Part shown: one piece after another, positions 7,079-15,086 of the stretch | How positions within the stretch are numbered: the first letter of the stretch is position 1 | Layout of the letters: each line of letters begins with the position of its first letter | Origin: Deltaproteobacteria bacterium | GTDB taxonomy: Bacteria; Desulfobacterota; GWC2-55-46 | NCBI GenBank assembly: GCA_038041305.1 | Contig: JBBTGV010000052.1 | Location: 1-45,443, forward strand | DNA: 45,443 nt | Direction of reading: 5' to 3' | The notes under the pieces: generated by a model | Databases searched by the model: none | Seen by the model: only the letters and a program-made list of their open reading frames with translations | What the model was told of the DNA's origin: nothing | Made by a program: the position numbers and the translations under genes

Positions 7079-7107
7079 ATTATACTACACAAGGCGGTTT
7101 GTTTGAA
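7079..7107 (-). promoter_or_regulatory. Promoter of the VbhA-like gene, predicts a leaderless mRNA
   Basis: Read on the minus strand: TTCAAA (7107-7102), 17 nt, TATAAT (7084-7079), 6 nt, ATG (7072). No Shine-Dalgarno sequence is present. Confidence 0.5.
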
Positions 7108-7112
7108 GCAGA

Positions 7113-7589
7113 TTATACCTTCATCTCAAACTCCTCCATAAGCTCGCCAATAACAGCCTGCCTTTCCATTGTCGACTCCAGTCCCGCAATCCGTAGCAGG
7201 GTCTTCCCTGAGAACCGCCTGATAATGTCATCGTCCTGACAATGCCTCATGTATTCCACGAAGTCATCGGGCAAGACATTGGCTATCTTCATCAACTGGG
7301 ATATCCTGGCCTTGGAGACCTTGAAGTGTTGGCTGGCGTGTCGGTAGGTTCTTTGTGGGTCTTCGGTTAGGAACGCCTTGACATTGAGGGCCTCGGCGAC
7401 GATGTTCTTTTGAATCGGCTTCGGAGGCAGTGGTCTGGCTGGCAAGGGCTCCCCTAAAACTATCTGGGTTTGCCTTCCCCTATATTTATACATCGCCACA
7501 AGTAGCTGTATTATTTGGGCTTTTTGAGTTCGTTTTCCGTCCAGTTCGGGGAGCCGCAGGCGCTCAATTGCAACTGGTAGCGCGTGCAC
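7113..7589 (-). CDS. ParB/KorB-type HTH DNA-binding protein, paralog of 3297..3749
   Basis: HFKVSKARISQLMKIANVLPDDFVEYM...IIRRFSGKTLLRIAGL aligns with LGITRARVSQIMGLLKLPDEIQRTL...AIRYFSERRLRPLL. GTG start. Confidence 0.6.
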   Translation of the reverse strand: MHALPVAIERLRLPELDGKRTQKAQIIQLLVAMYKYRGRQTQIVLGEPLPARPLPPKPIQKNIVAEALNVKAFLTEDPQRTYRHASQHFKVSKARISQLMKIANVLPDDFVEYMRHCQDDDIIRRFSGKTLLRIAGLESTMERQAVIGELMEEFEMKV

Positions 7590-7626
7590 CCCATTAAAAA
7601 ATGAATGCCCTTAGGCAATTGCGCAA

Positions 7627-7673
7627 GAAAAGGCAAGGGAGTCTGAAGCCCCGGCCCTTTTCTTGTTTTTTTT
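7627..7673. terminator. Weak hairpin plus T-run at the island / core boundary
   Basis: GAAAAGG (7627-7633) pairs with CCTTTTC (7656-7662), with an inner GGG/CCC pair, followed by TTGTTTTTTTT on the plus strand. On the minus strand it lies 30 nt downstream of the stop of 7703..9133, but the trailing T-run there is poor. Confidence 0.3.
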
Positions 7674-7702
7674 ACGATTATAAGGGGGAAATCCTGGCGG
7701 AT

Positions 7703-9133
7703 TTAGCTTACTGGCGCAAAGTCAAAAGTGTAGGTGATGGTGAAGGTCTCCACATCCTTAAGCCTTGAGAACTTCCATTTAAGTATTCTTGAAAGTATCG
7801 CGTCCCTTAATTCCTGGGAATCAAGCGTTGAGGAAACAAGATCGGCCGAGGCGACCTTGCCGTCCGCCGAGATCGTTATCTTTACGGTTATCTTTCCCTT
7901 AAGGAACGGATTGTCCCTTATCGCGTTGTTGTACAGGTATTTTAACCCGCCGACATAGCCCCTTATGGTCTTGTAGACCTCTGCCTCGTCCCGCATCCTT
8001 GATGAAACGGTCTGGCCCTTCTTGCCCGCCCTGCCGCCTTCAAGGTTTACGACGTCTTTCTTTTCCTTAAGTATCTCCTCCTTCATCTCGCCGGCGGTCT
8101 TTTTGGCGACCTGCGTGCCTCCCATGACCTCCTTTGAGATCTCCTCCATCTTTGAGAACTCTTCGGACCTGTATCTGCTCATCATCTCATCAGACTCAAG
8201 CCGGCCTTCCTCTGTCCTTACAAGCGGGCTTGAAATGCCGCGCACGTCCGCAAGCACATCAAGGCCCTTAAGCGCGTCGGGCATCCCCCTGCCGCCTATT
8301 ACGCTCAAAAGCCCCTTTGACATGACCTTTTTGCGTATCGCGGCCTTTTTCTCAACCGCCGCCTTTTCAACAGGCGCCTCCTCCTTTGCCGCTTCTTTCG
8401 GCTCTTCCGCGGGCGCCTCGGAAACCTTCTCCTCTGCGACAGGCGCCTCCTCTGCCTTTGGCTTCTCAACTTTTTTCGGCTTAGGAGGCTCTGTTATAAG
8501 CCGGGCAAACCTCGCGGGCATTTTTCTGAGCACCTCTATGTCATCCGTTTTCTTTATCTCAATCGTTGATAAAAGCCCCATAGCCACTATGGCTACGAAA
8601 GAAAGCGCAAGGCTAAGATAGTAAAAGGCGTAGTCTTCCTTTGGTATTAGTTTTTTCCTTAAGGACTTGTCAATCTTTTCATATTTTATCTTTGGCCTTT
8701 TTGCCTTTGGAAGGGATGCCTCCTTTGTCAGCTTGGCCGCGTCCGCGTAATTGAATGAAATGCTTAAGTTGCCGGAGGCAAGTACGAACGGCTGCTCGTG
8801 CGGAAGCTTAAGGAGATAGGAGGTATGCCCCTTGCCCGCCTTTTTTATAAGCCCAAGCTCAATAAGGCCGTTAACGGGAATGATCTCTTTGCCGACGGTT
8901 ATCGTTGCGTCAAGGTTTCCGGGTATTGTAAGGGCGTAATTTGTCCTGCCCCCGAAGGAAGAAAGCGAAATAACGGAAACGCCGGGCGCCAATGGGGTTA
9001 TGTCCGGTCCCTGCGGGGCCTTTCCTTTAAAGGCGCGGCCTAAGCCGGCCCGCCCGATTTCAGGTATGACCTCTTCAGTGGCGCCCAGGCCGTTGTCTAT
9101 AGTTGCAAAAAGGACTTTTTTGCTCTTATTCAC
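7703..9133 (-). CDS. TonB-like energy transducer with AgmX/PglI-type C-terminal domain (GltG/GltJ-like)
   Basis: The layout is a cytoplasmic N-domain, one TM segment (YAFYYLSLALSFVAIVAMGLLSTI), a Pro/Lys/Glu/Ala-rich linker (EPPKPKKVEKPKAEEAPVAEEKVSEAPAEEPKEAAKEEAP) and a C-terminal TonB_C-like fold. The C-terminal fold reads LYNNAIRDNPFLKGKITVKITISADGKVASADLVSSTLDSQELRDAILSRILKWKF. The gene overlaps the upstream ExbD gene by 8 nt. Confidence 0.7.
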   Translation of the reverse strand: MNKSKKVLFATIDNGLGATEEVIPEIGRAGLGRAFKGKAPQGPDITPLAPGVSVISLSSFGGRTNYALTIPGNLDATITVGKEIIPVNGLIELGLIKKAGKGHTSYLLKLPHEQPFVLASGNLSISFNYADAAKLTKEASLPKAKRPKIKYEKIDKSLRKKLIPKEDYAFYYLSLALSFVAIVAMGLLSTIEIKKTDDIEVLRKMPARFARLITEPPKPKKVEKPKAEEAPVAEEKVSEAPAEEPKEAAKEEAPVEKAAVEKKAAIRKKVMSKGLLSVIGGRGMPDALKGLDVLADVRGISSPLVRTEEGRLESDEMMSRYRSEEFSKMEEISKEVMGGTQVAKKTAGEMKEEILKEKKDVVNLEGGRAGKKGQTVSSRMRDEAEVYKTIRGYVGGLKYLYNNAIRDNPFLKGKITVKITISADGKVASADLVSSTLDSQELRDAILSRILKWKFSRLKDVETFTITYTFDFAPVS

Positions 9134-9617
9134 TGGATATCACTGCCAGAGATATTCCGTTGTATCCGGCCTGCCCGCATGTGTACATCACCTTTTTGAG
9201 AAGGGCAAACGGGATGCTCTTGTCGCCCTGAACAATTACCTCTCCGCTGAACTTAATATTGGGGTTGTTCTGGGCAATGAAGGCAAGCCTTTCCGTATTT
9301 TTATTGAGCGCTTCAAGAAGCGGCGCTATCACATACTCGGTCTTTTTAATCTCGTCTTCAACCACCGCCACCGCCTCCCCTTCCGCGATTATGTCGTTTG
9401 TTGAGATCTGTATTATAAACCTCTGTTTCGGGGTCTGCGTTGATATTGACACGGGCAGCCGAAGGCTCTTGTCAACGGTCATTATCTCGCCTTCCGACGA
9501 GAAGCTCTTAAGAAGGAATAGAAGTATGATGGTAAACATGTCCATCATGGAGGTCAGCGTGAGCGCGGCCTCTACGTGTCTGGATTTCCTGTCTTTTGTC
9601 CTTGACCTTACCGCCAT
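9126..9617 (-). CDS. ExbD/TolR family biopolymer transport protein
   Basis: The N-terminus ...RHVEAALTLTSMMDMFTIILLFLL is the typical ExbD/TolR anchor. Its size and operon context with a MotA/ExbB channel also fit. Confidence 0.85.
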   Translation of the reverse strand: MAVRSRTKDRKSRHVEAALTLTSMMDMFTIILLFLLKSFSSEGEIMTVDKSLRLPVSISTQTPKQRFIIQISTNDIIAEGEAVAVVEDEIKKTEYVIAPLLEALNKNTERLAFIAQNNPNIKFSGEVIVQGDKSIPFALLKKVMYTCGQAGYNGISLAVISSE

Positions 9618-9676
9618 TATTCAACCTTTCAGCGTCCCGAAACCCTTTGGTTAAAAACCTTCCAACGCGCCTCAGG

Positions 9677-10168
9677 CTATTCGTTTTCTCCGAGGGATAC
9701 CGCGGGGAACAGAAACCTTCTTTTCCTTACCTCGTCCTTTAAAACAGTCGTTTCCCTTGCCGCGTCCATGACCTTTACGACAAGATCGTAGGCGGTCTCC
9801 TGATCAAAAAGCAGTATCACCTCTTCCTGCGATGGGTATCTGTCCTTTAACCTCACAAGCTCTTCGGTTAAACCGTTGAAGTCGTATTTATCGTCCTTTA
9901 AAGGCACCTTTATGCCCGGACCGAGGCCGCCCAGCTCAAAGCCGCTTTTTGTAACCTTTATCGCAAGGAGTTTTTGTTCGGATGAGCCGCCCCCGCCTCC
10001 CCCCTGCGCCTCCTGCGGAAGATAGATGTCTATGACGGCTGTCTTTACAAAGACCGCGGTCAGCAGAAGAAATGGGATAATGATTATAAAAATATTCATT
10101 ATGGGGGTAAGGTTTAAATCCCCCTCCTCTGCCCTGTGATGACTTCTTTTGCTCGGCCTGTATGCCAT
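9677..10168 (-). CDS. ExbD/TolR family biopolymer transport protein (second copy)
   Basis: EEGDLNLTPIMNIFIIIIPFLLL anchor motif. It lies downstream of the ExbB-like gene. Confidence 0.85.
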   Translation of the reverse strand: MAYRPSKRSHHRAEEGDLNLTPIMNIFIIIIPFLLLTAVFVKTAVIDIYLPQEAQGGGGGGSSEQKLLAIKVTKSGFELGGLGPGIKVPLKDDKYDFNGLTEELVRLKDRYPSQEEVILLFDQETAYDLVVKVMDAARETTVLKDEVRKRRFLFPAVSLGENE

Positions 10169-10218
10169 AAAAAGCCTCTATGAAAAGTAGTTATGCCCCT
10201 GAGAAGGAAATCCGGGGC

Positions 10219-10953
10219 CTATTCCTCTGTCGGGTGCTGCGCGGGCTTGTGTTTTGGCGGCTCTTTGTGTTCTTTTGGGTGTTCTTTTGGCGGCTCTGGC
10301 AGGGCAGGCTCGTGCCTTTGCCTGAGGAGTTCCTTCTTTTTTGCGATGAGATTAATGAGCTTTACCGAGAACTCGTCAATCTCGTCCGTAATCTTATGCG
10401 CCCTCGCCGTAAGGAGCGAGTACATTATCAGCAAGGGGATCGCAACGATAAGGCCGAAGGCCGTCGTATAGAGCGCGACGGAGATGCCTTTTGCGAGAAG
10501 CTCGGCCTTCTGCGACGGCTCAGCGCTGCCGACCGCCGAGAACGCCTGAATAAGCCCCTGTATCGTGCCGAGCAGGCCCAGCAGGGTCGCTATGTTAGCG
10601 AGGGTCGCCAAGTAGCTTATCCTCTTGTCTATTGAAGGCATGACCTCAAGCACCGCCTCGTCTATCGCGTTCTGCACCGCCTTTTCATCGCCCCTTGCGG
10701 CCGATATGCCGTTATGCAGGATCTTAAGAAGCGGGATACGGAGGTCCTTGCACTGGCCCGCCGCCTGCTCCATGTGGCCGTCCTCTATGGAACGGCTTAT
10801 CCTGTCCCACAGGGCGTGCGCGTCCACGTTAAAATTAAAGAGCAGGAGTTTCGTCCGTTCAATCAGTATCGCAAGCCCGATAACCCCTGAAGCGAGTATC
10901 GCGTACATGAATATTCCGCCGTCAAAGAAGAATGAGGCTAAAGATTGAAGCAT
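10219..10953 (-). CDS. MotA/TolQ/ExbB proton-channel family protein
   Basis: Three TM segments with the conserved C-terminal half ATLLGLLGTIQGLIQAF ... ISVALYTTAFGLIVAIPLLIMY. An AAGGAGG Shine-Dalgarno sequence is present. The C-terminal tail is unusual and Pro/Lys/His-rich (PKEHPKEHKEPPKHKP). Confidence 0.9.
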   Translation of the reverse strand: MLQSLASFFFDGGIFMYAILASGVIGLAILIERTKLLLFNFNVDAHALWDRISRSIEDGHMEQAAGQCKDLRIPLLKILHNGISAARGDEKAVQNAIDEAVLEVMPSIDKRISYLATLANIATLLGLLGTIQGLIQAFSAVGSAEPSQKAELLAKGISVALYTTAFGLIVAIPLLIMYSLLTARAHKITDEIDEFSVKLINLIAKKKELLRQRHEPALPEPPKEHPKEHKEPPKHKPAQHPTEE

Positions 10954-11002
10954 TTTCGTCTACCTCCTTGGATCATTGGTTAAAGTGAAAGGTTTTTTTG
11001 TT

Positions 11003-11272
11003 CTATCTCGCGTCGTATGCCGGATAAACAGGCTTAAGTATATCCTGCAAAAAGCTCTTTTTCAAAAACTCGTCCCTCCAGAGCCTTGCCCTCGGCACAA
11101 TGAATATCACGCGCGGCTTTTCTATCGTGCCTTCTATTTTTATCACGCGCTCAATAATCTCCTGAGGCGTTTGATCGGCCCCGGGAGGGTGCGCGCCGTT
11201 GAACATGTCGCCGGAATCAACCGCGCTCAGAAGCACCGATAATGCAAAAAGGGCAGGGACGAGCCGTTTCAT
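11003..11272 (-). CDS. Small secreted protein (89 aa), unknown function
   Basis: Signal peptide MKRLVPALFALSVLLSAVDS. It has a 4-nt overlap with the upstream TPR gene. It occupies the position of a small exported protein between the TPR genes and the motor genes. Confidence 0.55.
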   Translation of the reverse strand: MKRLVPALFALSVLLSAVDSGDMFNGAHPPGADQTPQEIIERVIKIEGTIEKPRVIFIVPRARLWRDEFLKKSFLQDILKPVYPAYDAR

Positions 11273-12255
11273 TTAAGCCTCCCCTTTGCCTCAATCCTTG
11301 AGGATACGACGTCTATCCATGCCTTAAGCTCGTCCGAGCCCGGGCCTCCTTTTGCAAAGGCGAGCAGGTAGTTTGCAATGGCGTTGTCAAGGTCCTCAAG
11401 ATACAGTTCGTATATTATGCCCATATTTTTATACACCGTTGCGTCGTTGGGGTCAAGTATTGAGGCATCCCTGTATGCGGCAAGCGCGGCCTCGTAGTTG
11501 TAAAGCTTAAGAAGCGTCTGCGCCTTGCCTGTAAGTATCCGCGGGTCTTTTTTGTCGGCCTCGTAAGCCGCATTGAAATATTTCAGCGCCTCCTGAAATT
11601 CGGCGTATTTATATAGAAAGACCCCCATGCTGTAGTTTATCTCAGGCTCCGTTGGAGACAGGCCTTCAAGCATTTTAAAGTATTTGAACGCCTCTTGCCT
11701 GTTATTGAGCCTCTGGTGTATTCCCGCAAGGTTCAGCAGCGTCGTCTTGCCCTTTTCATGCTCAAGGGCCAGCTTGAGGTTGTCCGCCGCGCTTGAATCC
11801 CTGCCCTTCAGCATCTGGACGGCGCCGATTGCGCCGTAGACCTTGTCCTTTGGGCCGTTATTTTTGAGCGCGGAGTAAAACTGCTGCTCCGCCCTCTCAA
11901 AGTCCTTGTGCTTAAGGTATATGATCCCGGCGTTATAGTGCGCGTCCCACCTCGCGGGGTCAATTGACAGTATCTTTTCGTATATAAGGAGAGAGGCCGC
12001 CGGGTTTGCCTCCATGTGTCCGAGCGCCTTTTGAAGGTACCCGTTTATGGCATCGTCCGTTGAGGGGGCGTCCGGTTTTTGTTCCTGTTTCTGCGCCTCC
12101 CTTGCCTTTTCCTTAAGCCGCATCCCCCTTGCCATGGCGTCAAGCTCGGCAACCTCCGGGACGATGGCGCTGCCCTTTATCGTAATGGGCCTTTGCGGCG
12201 CGGCGCAGCCTGCGATGAACGCGGCCATAATAAGCGCCAATCCAAAGATCCTCAT
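11269..12255 (-). CDS. TPR-repeat lipoprotein (GltE/AglT-like by architecture)
   Basis: Lipobox MRIFGLALIMAAFIAG|C. Multiple TPR units are present (WDAHYNAGIIYLKHKDFERAEQQFYSAL, YSMGVFLYKYAEFQEALKYFNAAY and others). Confidence 0.7.
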   Translation of the reverse strand: MRIFGLALIMAAFIAGCAAPQRPITIKGSAIVPEVAELDAMARGMRLKEKAREAQKQEQKPDAPSTDDAINGYLQKALGHMEANPAASLLIYEKILSIDPARWDAHYNAGIIYLKHKDFERAEQQFYSALKNNGPKDKVYGAIGAVQMLKGRDSSAADNLKLALEHEKGKTTLLNLAGIHQRLNNRQEAFKYFKMLEGLSPTEPEINYSMGVFLYKYAEFQEALKYFNAAYEADKKDPRILTGKAQTLLKLYNYEAALAAYRDASILDPNDATVYKNMGIIYELYLEDLDNAIANYLLAFAKGGPGSDELKAWIDVVSSRIEAKGRLK

Positions 12256-15086
12256 CTCGCGCCTCCCTTGGCAATTGCCGGGGACGCCGGGTCCGGGTAT
12301 AAAAACGCGGGGTCAAGGCCCTGCTCCGCGAATGCCCTTCTGTATATGGCCGGTTTAAGGGTCTTAAGGCGCTCAAAGCATTTTTCAACCCATTCGTTCT
12401 GAACCATGAGCTTTACGCCGGCCCTAAAGCAGTTCCCGTATGCGGACAACGCCTGTTCGTCGTACTGGATGGCCTTTTCTTCAAGGAGGAAGTTGTATTC
12501 CTCAAGCTCCTCTGCATTTAAATCACCAGGCCTTTCCGACGACAGTATGGAATCCTTGAAGTTCTCAAGGGCGAGTCCCATCGGTGAAAAGACCTCCGGG
12601 TAGATCTCTGGCATCTTGTAGGCAAGGACCTGCGAGTAGTTTTTTACAAGGCTGTTAAGGAGGTCCGCCTTTTTCTTGATCGTCTCCTCAAAAGGCTGGC
12701 TGAGCTTCAGCTTGAGGAACGCGTCAAGGCCTTCCTCAAGGATCTTAAGCCTTGCCCTGGCGAGATGGAGGTTTCTTATTTCCGCCTTCTCTTCAACGAG
12801 CGTTCTTAGGGTCAGCCGTCCGTCGTCAATATTTCCGAGCTTAATCTGCACGAGGCCGAGCTTGTATCTTGCCTCTATTTCCATTGCCTCGGACAGGGGC
12901 ACTATGGAAAGATATTTTTTCAGGGCCTCTGCCGCCTTTTCATATTCAGAGGCCTTTTCATACAGATTGGAGGCCAGAAAGACGAGCCTTGCGGAGTCCT
13001 CTGACGCGCCGAACACCGTGGAGGCGTTTTCATATATGGAGGCCGCCTTTGACGGGAATGCATTTTCAATGGACCTTGCCGCTTCAATAAGGAAAGAGGC
13101 CGAGGTCTTTGAGGCGGGATAGGTCTTTATGATGCGCTTTACGGCGGCCTCAAGGGCGTCCGTGTCCCCGGTCTGCATGTATATCCTCCCAATCTGCAGA
13201 AGCGAGACCTCGGCCACGGACGAGGTCGGATTGGTTGAGAATGTCTCGTCAAACTTCCGTGCGGCCTTTTCAAAACTGCCTGCCTTAAGAAGGTCCTCCG
13301 CCATCCTGTATCTCACAGCGAGGAGTTTTTCCTTTGCCTCCGGATCAGAGGCCGGTATACCCTTATAGACATCCTCCGCGTCCTGAAGCCTGCCCTCCGC
13401 GATAAAGGTCTCCGCGATTTTTTTATTGGCCTTTGAGGCGTCCCTTCCCTTGACGAGCTCCTTAAGCCTCTGTCTCGCGGCATCGTAGTCTTTTATGTCG
13501 CTGTATATGTCGGCCAGCTTGTACACGGCCCTTTCAAACGCGCCGTGGGACGCGATATCGTTTTTGTAGCGCTGGAAGAGACCGTCGGCCTCCTTTGACA
13601 CCGCTGCCTTGTCCTCCGTATTTTCATAGAAAAGGAATTCATAGCTTAAAAAGGCCGAGTACGCGATCTTCCCCCTTTCCGCGCCATCGGGGAAGAGGGC
13701 CGCCGCCTCAGAGAACTCCTTTGCGGCCCCGGCGTAGCCCTTCGCGTCCCAGAGGGCCTGCGCAAGGTGGAGTTTAACCTCTTTGTATTCCTCTGCCTTC
13801 GGATAAGCCTGCAGGAGCAGCGAATACCCTTCTATGGCCTGATTAAGCTCCCTTTCACCGCCGGGCTTTTTGCCGGCGAGGTGGAGCTTCCTGAAGAGGT
13901 CAAGCATCGTCTCCTTCAGCATCTCGTCAAGCTCAACCGCCCCGTTAGGGTGGTTTTTTCTGTACCAGCGCGTAGTGGGGTTTGTGAGATAGGCCAGCTT
14001 AAGCCTTGTGGTTATCTCGGATTTTTCATCCCCGGTCCTTTCATACAGGTCGGCCAGGTCGTTCAGTATGAACGCAAGCTCCGGCCTTTCGGGAAAGAGC
14101 TCCGTATAGTAGGTGAAAACGATTATGGCATCCGCAAACCGGGTCTGTTCCGCAAACAGCTCGCCGAGCCTTTTTAATACAAGCGGCATGTAATCCCGTT
14201 TGCCCCTGCCCTGAAAGTGCTTTAACGCGAGGTGCGGGGTTGAATACCTCGCGAGGGTCATGACAATGCCCGCAAGGCCTTCCTCTGTGAGGGCGTCGGC
14301 CTTGGGGTTGCCCTCCCAGTTCATGTCAACTATCTCCATGAAGTAATCAAGGGCCTTTTCATAGTCGCTTGACTTGTAATACACCCAGCCGAGCTTGTAT
14401 ATGACCTTTTCATAGAATGGAGAGGCGGGGTGCGGCATGATCTTCTGGTAGGCGGCCATCGCCTCCGCGGTCTCACCTGTCTCAAAGTAGAATTCTCCGA
14501 GCCTGAAATAGACCTCAAGCGCGTACTGGCTCTCGGGATAGTTTTTCAGAAGCTCCTCAAACACGCCGACCGCCTCGTCAATCAAGCCCTGTTCCGAAAG
14601 GGCATAGCCGAGGGTATAGTAAAGGGCGTCGGCGTTCTTATCGTAGGAGAAAAGCTTTATTAGTTCGCTGAAGTGGGCTATGAGCTTTGAGTAGTCCTCT
14701 TCCGGCGGCGCGGGCGAGGCGGGCAGAGACCCCTTGTTAAAGAGGGCCAAGTCCCTCTCGTATGCGTCCATGAGCGATTTGAACTGCACATCCTTCGCCG
14801 CGAGGTATTCTTCCGTTGACCTCAGCACGAGGTCAACGGATAAGTTGTTGTAGTTTGTCTTATCCATGTAATCTTCCCACTTGTGCACCATCACATCGTC
14901 GGGCTGAGCGGCCTTCGGCCTCGCCGGCTCAATTGCCTTGGGCATCGGCGCCTCCTTTACCTGAACCGTCGTAGCCGCGCACGCGGGCAGGAATATAAGC
15001 AGGAGAAGCAGCAATGACAGGCGGCGTAAAGGGCGCTTCGCCCTTAGGCGCATGTCCGCCGGTTTCGCGTGCGTCGGGTCTTTCAC
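12252..15086 (-). CDS. Large TPR-repeat envelope protein (GltD/AgmU-like by architecture)
   Basis: 944 aa with TPR units along the whole length. The N-terminus LSLLLLLLIFLPAC is signal-peptide/lipobox-like. GTG 15086 gives a 4-nt overlap with the upstream gene; ATG 15053 is an alternative start. Confidence 0.7.
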   Translation of the reverse strand: MKDPTHAKPADMRLRAKRPLRRLSLLLLLLIFLPACAATTVQVKEAPMPKAIEPARPKAAQPDDVMVHKWEDYMDKTNYNNLSVDLVLRSTEEYLAAKDVQFKSLMDAYERDLALFNKGSLPASPAPPEEDYSKLIAHFSELIKLFSYDKNADALYYTLGYALSEQGLIDEAVGVFEELLKNYPESQYALEVYFRLGEFYFETGETAEAMAAYQKIMPHPASPFYEKVIYKLGWVYYKSSDYEKALDYFMEIVDMNWEGNPKADALTEEGLAGIVMTLARYSTPHLALKHFQGRGKRDYMPLVLKRLGELFAEQTRFADAIIVFTYYTELFPERPELAFILNDLADLYERTGDEKSEITTRLKLAYLTNPTTRWYRKNHPNGAVELDEMLKETMLDLFRKLHLAGKKPGGERELNQAIEGYSLLLQAYPKAEEYKEVKLHLAQALWDAKGYAGAAKEFSEAAALFPDGAERGKIAYSAFLSYEFLFYENTEDKAAVSKEADGLFQRYKNDIASHGAFERAVYKLADIYSDIKDYDAARQRLKELVKGRDASKANKKIAETFIAEGRLQDAEDVYKGIPASDPEAKEKLLAVRYRMAEDLLKAGSFEKAARKFDETFSTNPTSSVAEVSLLQIGRIYMQTGDTDALEAAVKRIIKTYPASKTSASFLIEAARSIENAFPSKAASIYENASTVFGASEDSARLVFLASNLYEKASEYEKAAEALKKYLSIVPLSEAMEIEARYKLGLVQIKLGNIDDGRLTLRTLVEEKAEIRNLHLARARLKILEEGLDAFLKLKLSQPFEETIKKKADLLNSLVKNYSQVLAYKMPEIYPEVFSPMGLALENFKDSILSSERPGDLNAEELEEYNFLLEEKAIQYDEQALSAYGNCFRAGVKLMVQNEWVEKCFERLKTLKPAIYRRAFAEQGLDPAFLYPDPASPAIAKGGAR

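Noticed and set aside
8022-8621. 199-aa plus-strand Ser/Pro/Ala-rich ORF
   Set aside because: It is antisense to the TonB-like gene's low-complexity linker. The amino-acid bias is the mirror image of the PEKA-rich linker, so it is a shadow ORF.
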